Below, piece after piece: positions 1 to 11,877 of a stretch of DNA of 64,000 bases. Each line of letters starts with the position of its first letter. The first letter of the stretch is position 1. Made by a program: the position numbers and the translations under genes. The stretch covers positions 19,282,001 to 19,346,000 of the forward strand of contig JBHGNT010000013.1 of NCBI GenBank assembly GCA_043228905.1, written 5' to 3'. Below the pieces are notes generated by a model. It saw only the letters and a program-made list of their open reading frames with translations, ran no database searches and had not been told where the DNA came from. This DNA is from Azolla caroliniana (taxonomy: Eukaryota; Plantae; Polypodiophyta).

Positions 1-123
1 TAGAGGGGTAAAGACATGAGATACTTTCTTGGATAAAGTTCTTTCAATCAAAATTTCAAGCATTCATTTTGCTTGTGTATTTTCTGAACCTCCTTATTTT
101 ATTGCATACCCACAGCGTGCATC

Positions 124-3100
124 ATGGAACAAGTTTTGAACGCAGTTGGAACGATCTCTCCAAATGAGACCTCTCAACCCCAATCCGCATCTCGCACACA
201 AGCTGAGATCACTATTGAGCAATTGCTCACTACTACCTTGAATCAATTGGCCGAAATGAGACAGGCCAATATGGCATTGGAAAAGAAATTCCAAGAATTA
301 ACTATTGAGTCCAAGAAAGAAGGTGAACCTTCCTTCGTAGTCACGCCTTTCAAGGGAGATAAGAAAGAAAGAAACGAGGAGGCCATTAGCACTTGGCTTG
401 GTCGTTGGGAGTCTCACTTTGAGCTTCATCCCAAGCCCGATGCAGTAAAAATTGGTTATGTCGGTCGTGAGTTAGGTGGTCGAGCTGCTGCTTGGTGGCG
501 TGGCCTAAGGACCGCAAAAAACTTACCCACAACTTGGGAAGGTTTCGTTGATGTTTTTAAGAAACAATTCTTGCAGCCACCTTCTCAAACCGAACAAGCG
601 CAACACTTGCTCACATTGTCTAGTAAGCCATTTACCTCTCTCGAGGATTATGTGCATCACGCTCGGACCCAGATCCAAAAATCAGGACTTACGGGTGAGA
701 AATGGTTTGTCGCTTGTTTTTTGAATGGTATTCCCAATGGGGATTATCATTGGATTGTCCATGACAAGGACCCCACAACTTTCGAGGAAGCCGTCAACAT
801 TGTGCTGCGATACCATAGGACTTCCAAGAAAGACCACAATAAACCTGAGTTCGCCAAAACTCCGAATGTCAAGTTCATTGGGAAACGTAAGCAATCCAGT
901 GACACTCTTGTCCGCGACTCAAAGAAACCGAACCTCTTCTGTGCATATTGCAAGAAGCGGGGCCACACAAAGGATACCTGTCGTCGTCTTGAGAGGAAGT
1001 CAATGAACACCCCTCCTCAAGACAAATCTACGAGTCACACAGGTGAGTCTTTTGATATTGTTGAAGTTCATACCAATCACTTAAGTTTATGTGAATGCAC
1101 TTTTCCTTCACATTTACTTGGACCTAATGATTTACTCCGAGCAGTCGGATATATCAATGGAACACAAGCACATTTCTTGTTTGATTCCGGTAGTTCTCAC
1201 AATTTTCTTAATGATCACTTTGTGCAGCAAATGGAGCTCCACATAAACGCAAGTGATCATATCTATCAAGTTCACATGGCAAATGGAAACGTTCAATACA
1301 TCAGTGGCATTGTTTGTCAACTGCCAATTCAAATAGATACTTATTTGGAGAAGCTTGACTTTCATGTTATGAAATTACAATCCGCAGATGTCATTTTAGG
1401 ATATCCTTGGTTTTTTAATAAAAACCCTTCTTTGTCCATTGATTGGGTTAATCACTCAATCACATTTGAACTTAATAATTGTAAACATTTTATTCAATGT
1501 TCCAAACTTCCTTCTCATTCACTTGTGTCTTCTAAATCTTTAAGTGAGTATTCTAGTTCATTAATTTATTCGTGTGTAATTGATCCTGCGGTTCAATTTT
1601 ATTATTTTAATATTGACGCCACACAATTACCACATTTTGAGCAACGATTACTTGACTCTATTTTAGAGGATTTTCAAGATGTGTTTCCTACTGAATTACC
1701 GCTTACTTTACCACCTAAACGTAATGTGGACCATCAAATTGAACTCATCCCTGGGGCTGCTCCTGTGAGCATTCCACCTTACCGACTTAGTCGATTAGAA
1801 GAGGATGAGATCGCTAAACAACTTAAGGAATACTTGAGTATGGGCCACACTAGGTATAGTAAATCACCTTGGGGTGCGCCAGTTCTATTAGTCAAGAAGA
1901 AGGAAGGTTCGTGGCGAATGTGTATCAATTATCGCCGTTTGAATAAAATGACAATTAAGAATGCATATCCATTACCTCGTGCCGATGATTTGATTGATCG
2001 TTTGCACGGGGCTCGATATTTTACGAAAATTGACTTACGAACTGGTTATCATCAGATTCGCATCGCCGAGGATGATATTCCTAAAACCGCTTTTCGTACG
2101 CGCTATGGCCATTATGAGTTTTTAGTCATGCCGTTTGGGTTGACTAATGCTCCAGCCACATTCCAACAAGCGATGAATGATGTTTTCCGAGATCAACTCG
2201 GTGATTTTGTTGTCGTCTTCTTGGATGATATTTTGATATATAGCCGTACCTTGCAAGATCATGTTCAACATGTTCGATTTGTTTTGCGAAAGTTGCGTGA
2301 CAACTCTTTCTATGCAAAACATTCAAAATGTGACTTCTTCCAAAAATCTATTGTGTACCTAGGTCATTTAATTACAGAAAATGGCGTTGAAATTGAACCT
2401 TCTCGTATTGAAAAGGTTAAACTTTGGCCCATTCCTCGTAATATTCGTGAACTTAGATCATTCTTAGGGTTTGTTGGATTTTTACGAAAATCAATTCGTA
2501 ACTATTCCAAATTGACTACGCCATTAACTGACCTTTTAAAAGGTCATCCACGTAAGTCTGTCAAACCAATTTCATGGAATGAACAACTTGACAAATCATT
2601 TAAGACACTCAAGGAGCATGTGTGTCAGGCTCCCACTCTTCTATTACCAGACCCTTCTAAGCCTTTCTCAATTGAAACCGATGCTAGTGATTATGCTATT
2701 GGTGCAGTTCTTTATCAAGGTGGTCACCCTATTGCTTTTGAAAGTAAGAAGCTTGATGCTGCTCAATCTCGGTATTCGGTTCAAGAGAAAGAGTTGTTTG
2801 CGGTGATACACGCACTTAAAACATGGAGGCACTATCTCTATGGAAATAAATTTGTGGTTACAACAGACCATCAATCATTAAAGTATTTTTGTGACCAGCC
2901 CGATCTTGTTGGTCGTAAAGGCCGTTGGGCTGACCTTATGCAAGATTTTGATTTTTCCATACGCTATCGCAAGGGTTCTATGAACACCGTTGCTGATGCT
3001 CTTAGTCGCATTAAAGAAGTTAACATGCTTAGCTTCACGGAAATAAAATCTGATCTTTTAGATCACCTTCGAGGGAAATACCTTGATGACAGTTATTTCT

Positions 3101-4527
3101 CAAAATACTGGACGAAAGCCGAATCTGGTTTAGATGCCGATACTAGCACCCTACCCTCGAAGGCGACCTTTCACATTACAAACGGTTTGCTCTACCGTAG
3201 TGGAAAGGTCTGTGTTCCAGATTTACCAAATGTTAAACAGAAAATTTTTCATGAATGTCATGATGCACCATCTGTTGGTCATCCTGGAATACAACGCACA
3301 CTCGTTCTCATCTCGTGTACTTTTTTCTGGCCTAAGATGCGCTCTGACGTGCATAAATACGTAACTCAATGCTTACAATGTCAGATTAATAAGTCGGAAC
3401 GACTTAAAGCTGCTGGTCTTTTACATCCCTTAGATATTCCCAACAATAAATGGGAAAGTATCTCGATGGATTTTATTGTTAGTTTACCTCGTACACAGAG
3501 GGGTCATGATGCCATATGGGTTGTCGTTGACAGGCTAACAAAATTAGCTAGATTTATTCCTACAAAAACCACGGTAACCGCTCAACAATTGGCTTATCAA
3601 TTTGTTGATGAGTTATTTCGTTTTTATGGATTACCGATGGATATTGTTAGTGATCGAGATTCCAAGTTTACTAGTGACTTTTGGACTCAGGTCTTTAAGA
3701 AACTAGAAACTACGTTGAGCATGAGTTCCGCAGATCATCCTCAGTCTGATGGACAAACTGAACGAGTTAATCAAATTATTGAGGACATGCTTCGAGCTTA
3801 TGTAGCAAAAACCCCTTCTAAGTGGGAGCAATACCTTCCTATCTTAGAATTTGCCTATAATAGCTCTAAACATACATCCACTGGATATAGTCCTTTTATG
3901 TTGATGTATGGTTTTCAGCCACGTGCCCCAGTTGATGTCACGATTCATCGTGATACATTAGACAATACACGCAATTTTTTGCAAGACATGAACCAAATGT
4001 TGCATATTGCCAAAGAAAATGTCAAGACAGCTCAAGATCGTGCTCGATTTTATGCTGATCAGGATAGACGTCCTCGTGCATTTACTATTGGTCAAAAAGT
4101 TTTTTTGCGTGTCCCGACTGATTCTACGTCATTATCTACGGGCAAGTGCACTAAGTTAGCCCCACGATATTGTGGCCCATTTGAAATCCTTAAGCGAGTT
4201 GGGTCATCTGCTTATCACCTTGCCTTACCTCGTAACGTTGGTATTCATCCTGTTTTTCACGTCAGTCGTCTAAAACCATTTTTAGGCTCTGGTGATAACA
4301 CCATCACAATCCAAGATCTTGTAACATTAGAGGATTTTTCTTACAAACCTCATGTTCCTGAACGAATTCTTGATTCTCGTACTAAACGTTTACGTTCTAA
4401 AGAGATTCGGCTATTCAAGATCAAATGGATGGATAAACCTATTGATGATGCCACATGGGAACGCGAGCATTCGCTTAAGGCACAATTTCCTCACTTTATA
4501 TTGCAAGAGTGCAATCTTTTGAAGTAG
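124..4527 (+). CDS. Ty3/gypsy chromovirus Gag-Pol polyprotein (Gag-CCHC, protease, RT, RNase H, integrase, chromodomain), single uninterrupted ORF
   Basis: 1467-aa ORF with [14 protein letters not shown] zinc knuckle, FDSGS protease, [27 protein letters not shown] RNase H, H..H..C..C plus SMDF/SDRD/GQTER integrase, and C-terminal ERILDSR..FKIKW..DATWE chromodomain. Confidence 0.97.
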   Translation: MEQVLNAVGTISPNETSQPQSASRTQAEITIEQLLTTTLNQLAEMRQANMALEKKFQELTIESKKEGEPSFVVTPFKGDKKERNEEAISTWLGRWESHFELHPKPDAVKIGYVGRELGGRAAAWWRGLRTAKNLPTTWEGFVDVFKKQFLQPPSQTEQAQHLLTLSSKPFTSLEDYVHHARTQIQKSGLTGEKWFVACFLNGIPNGDYHWIVHDKDPTTFEEAVNIVLRYHRTSKKDHNKPEFAKTPNVKFIGKRKQSSDTLVRDSKKPNLFCAYCKKRGHTKDTCRRLERKSMNTPPQDKSTSHTGESFDIVEVHTNHLSLCECTFPSHLLGPNDLLRAVGYINGTQAHFLFDSGSSHNFLNDHFVQQMELHINASDHIYQVHMANGNVQYISGIVCQLPIQIDTYLEKLDFHVMKLQSADVILGYPWFFNKNPSLSIDWVNHSITFELNNCKHFIQCSKLPSHSLVSSKSLSEYSSSLIYSCVIDPAVQFYYFNIDATQLPHFEQRLLDSILEDFQDVFPTELPLTLPPKRNVDHQIELIPGAAPVSIPPYRLSRLEEDEIAKQLKEYLSMGHTRYSKSPWGAPVLLVKKKEGSWRMCINYRRLNKMTIKNAYPLPRADDLIDRLHGARYFTKIDLRTGYHQIRIAEDDIPKTAFRTRYGHYEFLVMPFGLTNAPATFQQAMNDVFRDQLGDFVVVFLDDILIYSRTLQDHVQHVRFVLRKLRDNSFYAKHSKCDFFQKSIVYLGHLITENGVEIEPSRIEKVKLWPIPRNIRELRSFLGFVGFLRKSIRNYSKLTTPLTDLLKGHPRKSVKPISWNEQLDKSFKTLKEHVCQAPTLLLPDPSKPFSIETDASDYAIGAVLYQGGHPIAFESKKLDAAQSRYSVQEKELFAVIHALKTWRHYLYGNKFVVTTDHQSLKYFCDQPDLVGRKGRWADLMQDFDFSIRYRKGSMNTVADALSRIKEVNMLSFTEIKSDLLDHLRGKYLDDSYFSKYWTKAESGLDADTSTLPSKATFHITNGLLYRSGKVCVPDLPNVKQKIFHECHDAPSVGHPGIQRTLVLISCTFFWPKMRSDVHKYVTQCLQCQINKSERLKAAGLLHPLDIPNNKWESISMDFIVSLPRTQRGHDAIWVVVDRLTKLARFIPTKTTVTAQQLAYQFVDELFRFYGLPMDIVSDRDSKFTSDFWTQVFKKLETTLSMSSADHPQSDGQTERVNQIIEDMLRAYVAKTPSKWEQYLPILEFAYNSSKHTSTGYSPFMLMYGFQPRAPVDVTIHRDTLDNTRNFLQDMNQMLHIAKENVKTAQDRARFYADQDRRPRAFTIGQKVFLRVPTDSTSLSTGKCTKLAPRYCGPFEILKRVGSSAYHLALPRNVGIHPVFHVSRLKPFLGSGDNTITIQDLVTLEDFSYKPHVPERILDSRTKRLRSKEIRLFKIKWMDKPIDDATWEREHSLKAQFPHFILQECNLLK

Positions 4528-4534
4528 GGGAGTA

Positions 4535-5008
4535 TGTTATGTACACATAACGTTGGTGAGGGTAGGTCACTAATATTTACATTAGTGAAGGGTATGTTCA
4601 CTATTATTAAAAAGGGGACTAATGATTGGATAGAATGAATGATATGTGCATGCACTATCATGATTTAGACAACCAATGAATAGAGAGCCTTTTAGAAAGG
4701 CACATCTATTCAAGGGGCCTAGGAAAAGGTATAAATATGAGGCTTAGCTAACCTCATAAGCATCATCACGTCGGAAGGCTGCTGTCGTAGACACCGGTGG
4801 TGCGGGCTAGGCTTTCGTCTCGACGATCGTGTTTATCTCTTCCAAGGTATTAGTCATCCTAATATCCGGCGGTATGGGACGTCAGTGGTAGGTTGGCTAT
4901 GTCTAGATCATAGCTCGGGGGTGGTCGGGTGGAACGGGTTCTTCTATCCAATCTATTTTCTTCCTTATTACTTGATTTGGTCTATTGATTAGTAATAGAC
5001 TCTTAACA
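4535..5008 (+). repeat. 3' LTR of the chromovirus
   Basis: Starts right after the PPT, has terminal inverted TGTTA/TAACA and a TATA-like tataaata near 4730. Right end inferred from the TIR and from resumption of copia leader homology. Confidence 0.75.
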
Positions 5009-5495
5009 GATGAACCAGATTTCTTTGAACTGCCGGCGTAGACACAACACATGCGAATGGGCTAGATCAAGTTACTAAATCACTCTGATACCATTACAAT
5101 AAAAAATTGATGGTAATTCTGTGTAACGGAATAGGTTAGAGATGTGTTGTGTGTGTGTGTGTGTGTGTGTTTGAGAAGAGGAGAGGAGAGGAGAGAGACA
5201 CAAGATAGATAGAAAATAGAAATACTCAAGAAGATTGTATATTACAACGGAGATTAATTGACACATTACAAAGTAGGAGAAGTGTGCTTTATATAGTCAC
5301 CCTCTCTCTTCATTAACTACCGAAGCTCATCGGTCATTGGGAATGTGGAAACTCACTAGTTATGTGTCATAGAATATGATTCTATGACACATAGTTAATG
5401 TGTAGAGATTAGTGGTGTGACTTTTGACCTTTGAGTGTTCATACACTCTTAAGGCGTGTTCACACACTAGACTAGATTGAGCTTGATTCTCAACA
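5009..5495 (-). mobile_element. 5' LTR (~5094-5495), tRNA-Met PBS (5083-5093) and leader stub of a copia element, interrupted by the chromovirus
   Basis: ctctgatacca is the reverse complement of PBS TGGTATCAGAG. Leader and LTR resemble those of copia E at 38360-39085, and both LTRs end ttgagyttgattctcaaca on the + strand. Confidence 0.8.
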
Positions 5496-5559
5496 CAAAA
5501 TCCACTTGATACATCCATTTGTAATCACACTTACAAAAGCCAAAGATATCCATCCTCGT

Positions 5560-7400
5560 AAGAACTCCTCGACCAACATCTATATAGTCTTCCTCACGTA
5601 AAAGCCACAATCCTAACCATTTGGTTGAGTTGGGATGTGCAATACGTGATGTTGACCCTCTAACACAATGGTGTGCTCTGATGGTTCCCTAGCAATGGTC
5701 CAAATCGTGATATCTGCAAGACTCTGCTAGTTGCCTTGTTCTTTAATGGATCACAGAATACTACTGCATTGGTCAGCTTAGAAAATTTGTGCCACATCTT
5801 TGTCTACAACACCCAATGACCCTCTACTACGATCTGAATGAAGATGAAATCACGGTCGGCCACCTTCCCGAGGATGTCTTGGCCCTTCGATGTTTGCTTG
5901 TGTAGCTACACTTATAGTGGGTCGACTATGGTGAATCGTTCTAACACCTCATGTGGCAGCGAGTACTCTATCGACATGGTGAATAATGTCATCGTCCATG
6001 TGGATGCCATTTCTCCATCCTTGCACATTGTCTCATGTTCTGACTCTGTAACGTCAACAACGATATCAAGCCGTGTGATGGTTAGTTTGGTACTTGTATA
6101 CATAGAAACATGCATACATCATGAATTGAGCCACAATTAATGATGGATAATAGGATACAAATTGTAATCCACAAATCATCAGCCTAGCAAAAATGTTTGT
6201 CGGTGTTTGGATCCATGATTTGACGGCCTTGGCATGCTCAATTTGTACCGTGATCACATTCGATTCAACATCATTTGAATCTAATGTTAATGGGACAACA
6301 TCTGTGTTTGACTCGACCTCCTTCTGTCCAACGTGCATTTTCGGTTGTCTCCGCCTCGGTGGCGTTGACACATCGGATGGGTTTTGAGCCTCTATAGTAT
6401 TAGTGGACACACCACACTCTTCGGTGGATATCCCCCCCCTTGTTCTACATTGTTTCATCACAAATCGACACGTTATTATCTGAATTCTAGCAATAAACCC
6501 TCCAACACTAAAAAAGCATGAAAGGCTCGCTCATACTTACATAATAATCCAATCCTGATGCAATCTTCTTCTTCAACATCTCCAACCATTCATCCTTTTT
6601 GGAGTTGTAGATGGTCATCTCATGCTCCATAAATCTCGCCACAAACTCTGCCTTCATGTCGAGTTAGAGTTCAATTGGAGTAGAGTTAAACCTTGAAATA
6701 GCCCTAACCTTCAACTTCTGGATGTATGATTGTTGATTTCTGTGGTACTTGATTTCGAGGTCCATGAAATGCTTGGGCGATCTCTATCGCTCATAACTAT
6801 TGAAGTATGCCCTTGGAATAACCTCCTCCTCTATCTGCATCCCTCGTGGCAAAACTATGTCAATTTCATGTGCCCTACGTAAATGTGTTTCCATGTCGCA
6901 TTTTTTGCGATACCACCCTGGCGAGAGGCGACAATACTAAGTCACAATACATGCACAAGCCTTGTTCCCATTTGCATCTCTTCCAACCTTATACAATGAG
7001 TTTGGGATCTCACCATGTGTTGTTTATGTGTTAGATATGCTAGACCATTTGTTACATAAAGATTGAGATAATACAATGAGATCAAATCCACATACCATTT
7101 AGAGGAGCATCTTCATCGACTAATGGCATGCCCTATATGGGGTCAATCTGAAGACAATGAACCACCAATGCTTGATTCATGCTCTCCCCACCCTTAGACA
7201 TGTCGGTTGCACAACTTCTCCAATGTCTTCTAACGAAAACCCTTTAACAAATCATCGGTCTGCATACATGCATCACATATCCTTACCACTACAATCAAAA
7301 TTGGTTCGTGACATACCTCTCTTCGGTTGGATATATGCCACCGTTATCAGAATCCCACCACACTTTGTACTTGGACCTGGCAGCCATCTACACAATCAAG
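5560..7400 (-). pseudogene. Decayed TE-borne gene with C-terminal Ulp1/C48 (SUMO) protease domain
   Basis: Minus strand reads FIFIQIVVEGHWVL...VVFCDPL (5750-5850) and IPTQPNG*DCGFYV (5595-5636), matching the Ulp1 His/Asp/Gln/Cys motifs. An upstream exon near 6542-6840 has in-frame stops and ends at a GTAAGT donor. Confidence 0.7.
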
Positions 7401-8129
7401 CATAAGCAAAACCCTAAACATTTTCGGAAATCAATAATCAAGCAAGATCGTAAACATAATCCCGAACCCTAAACCCTAAACCCTCGACATGAAAATGATA
7501 GGGTTTACACCAAAAAAATTAAACCCTAATTCAAGGAAAAGAAAACATATAAAAATGGCGCAAAATAATAAATAAGAAATCAAATATTTTCTGAATTTAA
7601 TACTCAAGGAAACCCAATATTATCTTTAATCAAGCAAAGCATTGAACCCTAAACCCTTAATAATTAATAATCAATAATGTCTAATCAATCTGAAATGTGT
7701 ACGAAATCCCATAAGGACCTGAGATCTCAATAGCACCCTTGTCTAAGGCTTTAAATGAGATTTCGTACCCGAAATGCAAAAACGAATGATCAATAAATTA
7801 AACATTTTCTAAACGGTTTTTGAAAAATAACTTAATCATTGGATTAAGCCAAACCCTAAACAGTTTCTAAAATCCTAATATCAAGCTAAACTCTAAACCT
7901 TCTCCCGAACCCTAATTCCTCGACATGAAAAATCCTTGCACATCAAAACAAATTTGCAAAAAAAGTAGAGACAAACACAAATACATACCTAGGAAATATA
8001 ACGGTGGCTATGGCAAATGTAATTAATTGATTTTGTCTACGACAAGCCACTTGAATCACTTTCCCGGCAAAAAAACCCTATCAATCTCATTTGAAAAAAT
8101 GAGAGAGAATGACAAGTTTCAAGGTTTTA

Positions 8130-8392
8130 TAGTTGGCAGTTGGGCGACTTGCTTCGTTAGTTGGGCGACTAGAACAATGAATGGGTTGGGCGACCACACG
8201 TTGGTTGGGCAACCACATTTAAACTCGATTGGGCAACCAAACTTGAATGGCAACTTGGGCGACCACATATGTTATAGAGGTTGGGCGACTACTTTAGGTA
8301 GATTTGGCGACCACGTTTTGGTATGTAGGTTGGGTGACCACATTAGGTAGGTTGGGTGACCAAGGACTCAGAGTTGGGCGACCTCTGGCAAC
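8130..8392. repeat. Dispersed GTTGGGCGAC(C) subterminal repeat cluster
   Basis: Repeated ttgggcgac/ttgggcaac/ttgggtgac units visible directly. Confidence 0.85.
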
Positions 8393-8949
8393 TTTTTTGG
8401 TCGCGTGTTTTTTTATTATCCAAATCGGACGGTGCAGATCACACACGCCATGCTTCAAGTGACCTGCACCATTCTAGTGGCCGTGATTCCTGCGCCAACC
8501 CTATTTATGATTTGGTGTATAATAGACACATCGCAACATTCCTTATTTTTCTCATTTTGGACATGATTTATAACTTTCCTATTGTGAATAACATCATAGT
8601 ATGTTTTGAACATGTGCACATTGACTGCATTTAAGCACCAAAATTGCTTTGATGCTTATTCTAAGGAACGATGTCCACTCTTCATATACCATAATATTCA
8701 CTCATCATACACCACAATATTCACTCTTCAATATACTGAAACTAAAAATACAATAGAATAGGGACTCTTCATAAACAACACCACATAACGTTGTAATTCC
8801 AACAAAATATACACAAACTAAAACTCCACAAAAAATTGATTTCTTCATTATCAATAACTTGCATTTACAATAAAGAGCAAGAACTAATTTACAATATGGA
8901 TACGCAAATATTAGAATTTACATGCTCAAAACACACTATGCCCATCAAG

Positions 8950-9300
8950 TGAGGAGCTTCACGTAATAATGTCCAACCCAATACTAAAACCCTGTCCAAA
9001 AACAAATATAAGAACCCACATACGAAAACTTATGCACTTAACGCTGAATTATTGAATCAAAGGGTCCATAAATACAATATGGCGTAACACCTTTTTCGCA
9101 TCCATACTTGTTGGAGCACTCTTCATCTTCATCCAAAGTGCCCAGTGCCCAAACATGACATGTGGGAACGAAGTAGAAATACCATGCACAACAATATGAA
9201 TGCATGCACAATCTGAATGTTGATTATATGCAATGGCCACACAATCTCTTTTTTGTATGCACATTATGCCCAACCACCACTCTTTCTCTCTTTGTGCCAC
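8950..9300 (-). pseudogene. Second Ulp1-like protease fragment (TE remnant)
   Basis: ORF 9049-9300 contains PHVMFGHWALW...IVFMDPL, paralleling the GHWVL...VFCDPL motif at 5750-5850. Confidence 0.4.
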
Positions 9301-9472
9301 AAAACCAACAAAAAACTCTAAACCCTAAACTTGAGTCGTCGAGAAAACCCATAACAAAACACATAAGAATAAAATAAATTACATTATACCATATCACAAG
9401 TGCATGTAGTTAACAAGTGTAGGTTTTTATATCCTAGGATTTGGGACAGACCCATGTGAACCTATAATACGT

Positions 9473-11251
9473 TGTCCAGATGTGGCGTGCTCGGGGGTGG
9501 GAAAAACCGGCGAAAGGGGGGGTAAAAAATGTGCATGTGCAATGTGTGTGCACACAAAAGCGATTAATTGTGCATATGCAAAATAAAAAGGAAAAGAAAG
9601 GGTGAAAAGGAGGTATAGAAGCTCGTGCAAAATGTAAGAGAGAGGAGAGATAAAAGGTAGAGGGGAGACACGCTATAAATTTATAGAGATAGAATTATAT
9701 ATTGTATAAGAGAGAGTTAGTGGGCTAGTGGATAGTCACATTGACTATTAGCTAGAGGTGCACGGTTTGAATCTAGTCTTACAATGTAGTGTGATTTACG
9801 GAATTTTATTCCTTTTTCATTGAAGACAAATTTGGCGACCCCCCCCCCCCCCCCCCCCCTTCTTTTTTTCCTATAAAAGGAGGTCGAGGGGGGCTCATTT
9901 GGGAGGACGTTTTGGGAAGAGGAGGCTATCGCCAATTTTCCTTCGAAGCTCTTCATCTCCTTATTCACCACTTCTCTTCATCTCATACCCCTTCATTCCT
10001 CCATCGCCACGTGCTCGTCTTCTTCGCGTCGGCACTCGAAGTGCTCGTGAGCCCAAGCTTCGTTGGTTCAACGTTGCTCCGCCCCATTCGTCGTTGTGAG
10101 CCCGTGTGCTTGCCGTTCGGGTGTTCGTGGTTCGTTGGGATTGACATTTTGGTGGTGCTCGTGTGTTCATCTTCGCCGTGTTCGAATTTGCTTTGTCTCT
10201 AAGGGCATTTAATATTTATGTTTTGATTGAGCTTGTGGTTAATTATAAGTTGTCATTGTAAACAAAACCCTATTTTATAAAGGGTCCTCTTGCGTTGGAA
10301 TCGAACACGTATTTATCTTTTTGGTCGATATCATTCGTGTTTCTTTCTCTCCTTTCTTTATTCGTCTCTTCCTTGTACGTTCGGCCGTCTTGTGACGAGG
10401 GGACCATTCGGGCTTGCCCATGCACCTCTCCTCCTCATAAAGGCGTACGAGCATTTTGTGCGTGTGTTTGTGTCTTCCTTGTACGTTCGGCCGTCTTGTG
10501 ACGAGGGGACCGTTCGGGCTTGCCCATGCACCTCTCCTCCTCATAAAGGCATACGAGCATTTGGGTGTGTGTTTGTGTCTTCCTCGTACGTTCGGTCGTC
10601 TTGTGAAGAGGGGACCGTTCGGGCTTGCCCATGCACCTCTCCTCCTCATAAAGGCGTACAAGCATTTTGTGCATGTGTTTTGTGTCTTCCTCATACGTTC
10701 GACGTCTTGTGACGAGGGAGCGTTCAGGCGCGCCCATGCACCTCTCCTCCTCATAAAGACATACGGACATTCGTGTTTGTGTTATCGTCCCCTTGTGCAT
10801 TCCTGTTGCGTGCTCATCTTGCTTGTACCCGTTTGGTCACTTGGCTCGTACGGTGATCTCGGAAGGTCAACGAGTCGTGATCAACGAGAGCCACCGGCCT
10901 GACAAAACAAAGGGCAACGAGACCTTGGTCGGGAAGGGGTCGGGAAGTAGTATTGTCGTAAAGCAAATCTCGGGTCTTCTCTATCCCTTGAGTACTCCCT
11001 AGTCCAAGTCCCCTGTGGTCCCGCCCAAGTAACACACGTGCGCGAAACTTCGCGACATAAATTGGTAATCGTGATCAACGAGAGCCACCGGCCTCACAAA
11101 ACAAAGGGCAACGAGACCTTGCTCGGGAAGGGGTCGGGAAGTAGTATTGTCGTAAAGCAAACCTCGGGTCTTCTCTATCCCTTGAGTACTCCCTAGTTCG
11201 AGACCCCCGTGGTCCCACCCAAGCAACACACGTGCGCGAAACTTCGCGACA
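9473..11251 (+). mobile_element. Collapsed gypsy element: long 5' LTR (9473-11057), PBS stub and last ~185 bp of the 3' LTR
   Basis: TGTC start, two copies of the LTR end cgcgaaacttcgcgaca (11057, 11251) with taaattggtaa between them, 4-bp TSD ACGT (9469-9472 / 11252-11255). The LTR end matches that of element C. Confidence 0.8.
10364..10785. repeat. ~106-bp tandem repeat, ~4 copies, inside the LTR
   Basis: Unit anchors at 10371, 10477, 10582 and 10689. Confidence 0.95.
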
Positions 11252-11495
11252 ACGTGGGAACACACAATGATCGAGTAGCCTTAATTGTTGAGCTATAACT
11301 ATTTATACCCCTTCATTACAACATCTTGATGCATCGTCAAGGCTCTATTGGTGAGGCTAAGCTCTCTTCTTTGGATTCAGTATTCAAAACCCAAGGTATA
11401 ACATGAGGTACAATATGGGACATAAACGGTACTTATATTTGTCTCATGTCCTTCACTCGGTGGTGGTCAGTGTGGTTAAGATATCGTAATATATT

Positions 11496-11877
11496 CTTCT
11501 CCTTAATCTCTTATCCTTGTATTTGTGTTTGAATCTACCCCAACACATGAGGTATCTCTCTACCTTGTAAATTGTAGTTCCTTTACATGCACTTCTTGCC
11601 ATGTTTATATGACAACCTTTGCTTTTGTTTATGCTCTCATTCCAAATTATTTTCTTGTTCTCATTCTTGTTTATTCTATTGCTTCTCCTTAATCTCTTAT
11701 CCTTGTATTTGTGTTTGAATCTACCCCAACACATGAGGTATCTCTCTACCTTGTAAATTGTAGTTCCTTTACATGCACTTCTTGCCATGTTTATATGACA
11801 ACCTTTGCTTTTGTTTATGATCTCATTCCAAATTATTTTCTTGTTCTCATTCTTGTTTATTCTATTGCTTCTCCTTA
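11496..11877. repeat. 186-bp tandem duplication
   Basis: Near-identical copies start at 11496 and 11682, with cttctcctta at all three junctions. Confidence 0.95.

Larger units (their letters stand above)
1..5008 (+). mobile_element. Chromovirus LTR retrotransposon (5' LTR outside window)
   Basis: Polyprotein followed by PPT gaagtaggggagta (4521-4534) and a 3' LTR bounded TGTTA(4535)...TAACA(5008). Confidence 0.9.
5496..8479 (-). mobile_element. CACTA-like DNA transposon end with subterminal repeats and cargo gene
   Basis: Terminus attcTAGTG (CACTAGAAT on -) at 8471-8479, roughly a dozen GTTGGGCGAC-like subterminal repeats at 8130-8390, telo-box (aaaccctaa) rich promoter region, and a decayed spliced ORF reading inward. 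Confidence 0.6.

Noticed and set aside
7400-7920. Interstitial telomere
   Set aside because: Only scattered aaaccctaa telo-boxes, not a tandem array. Typical of TE or promoter DNA
8130-8392. Short repeats with variable spacers (CRISPR-like look)
   Set aside because: Repeats only ~10 bp, irregular spacing, located at a transposon terminus
10275-10902. Multiple overlapping repetitive ORFs
   Set aside because: By-products of the 106-bp tandem repeat in an LTR
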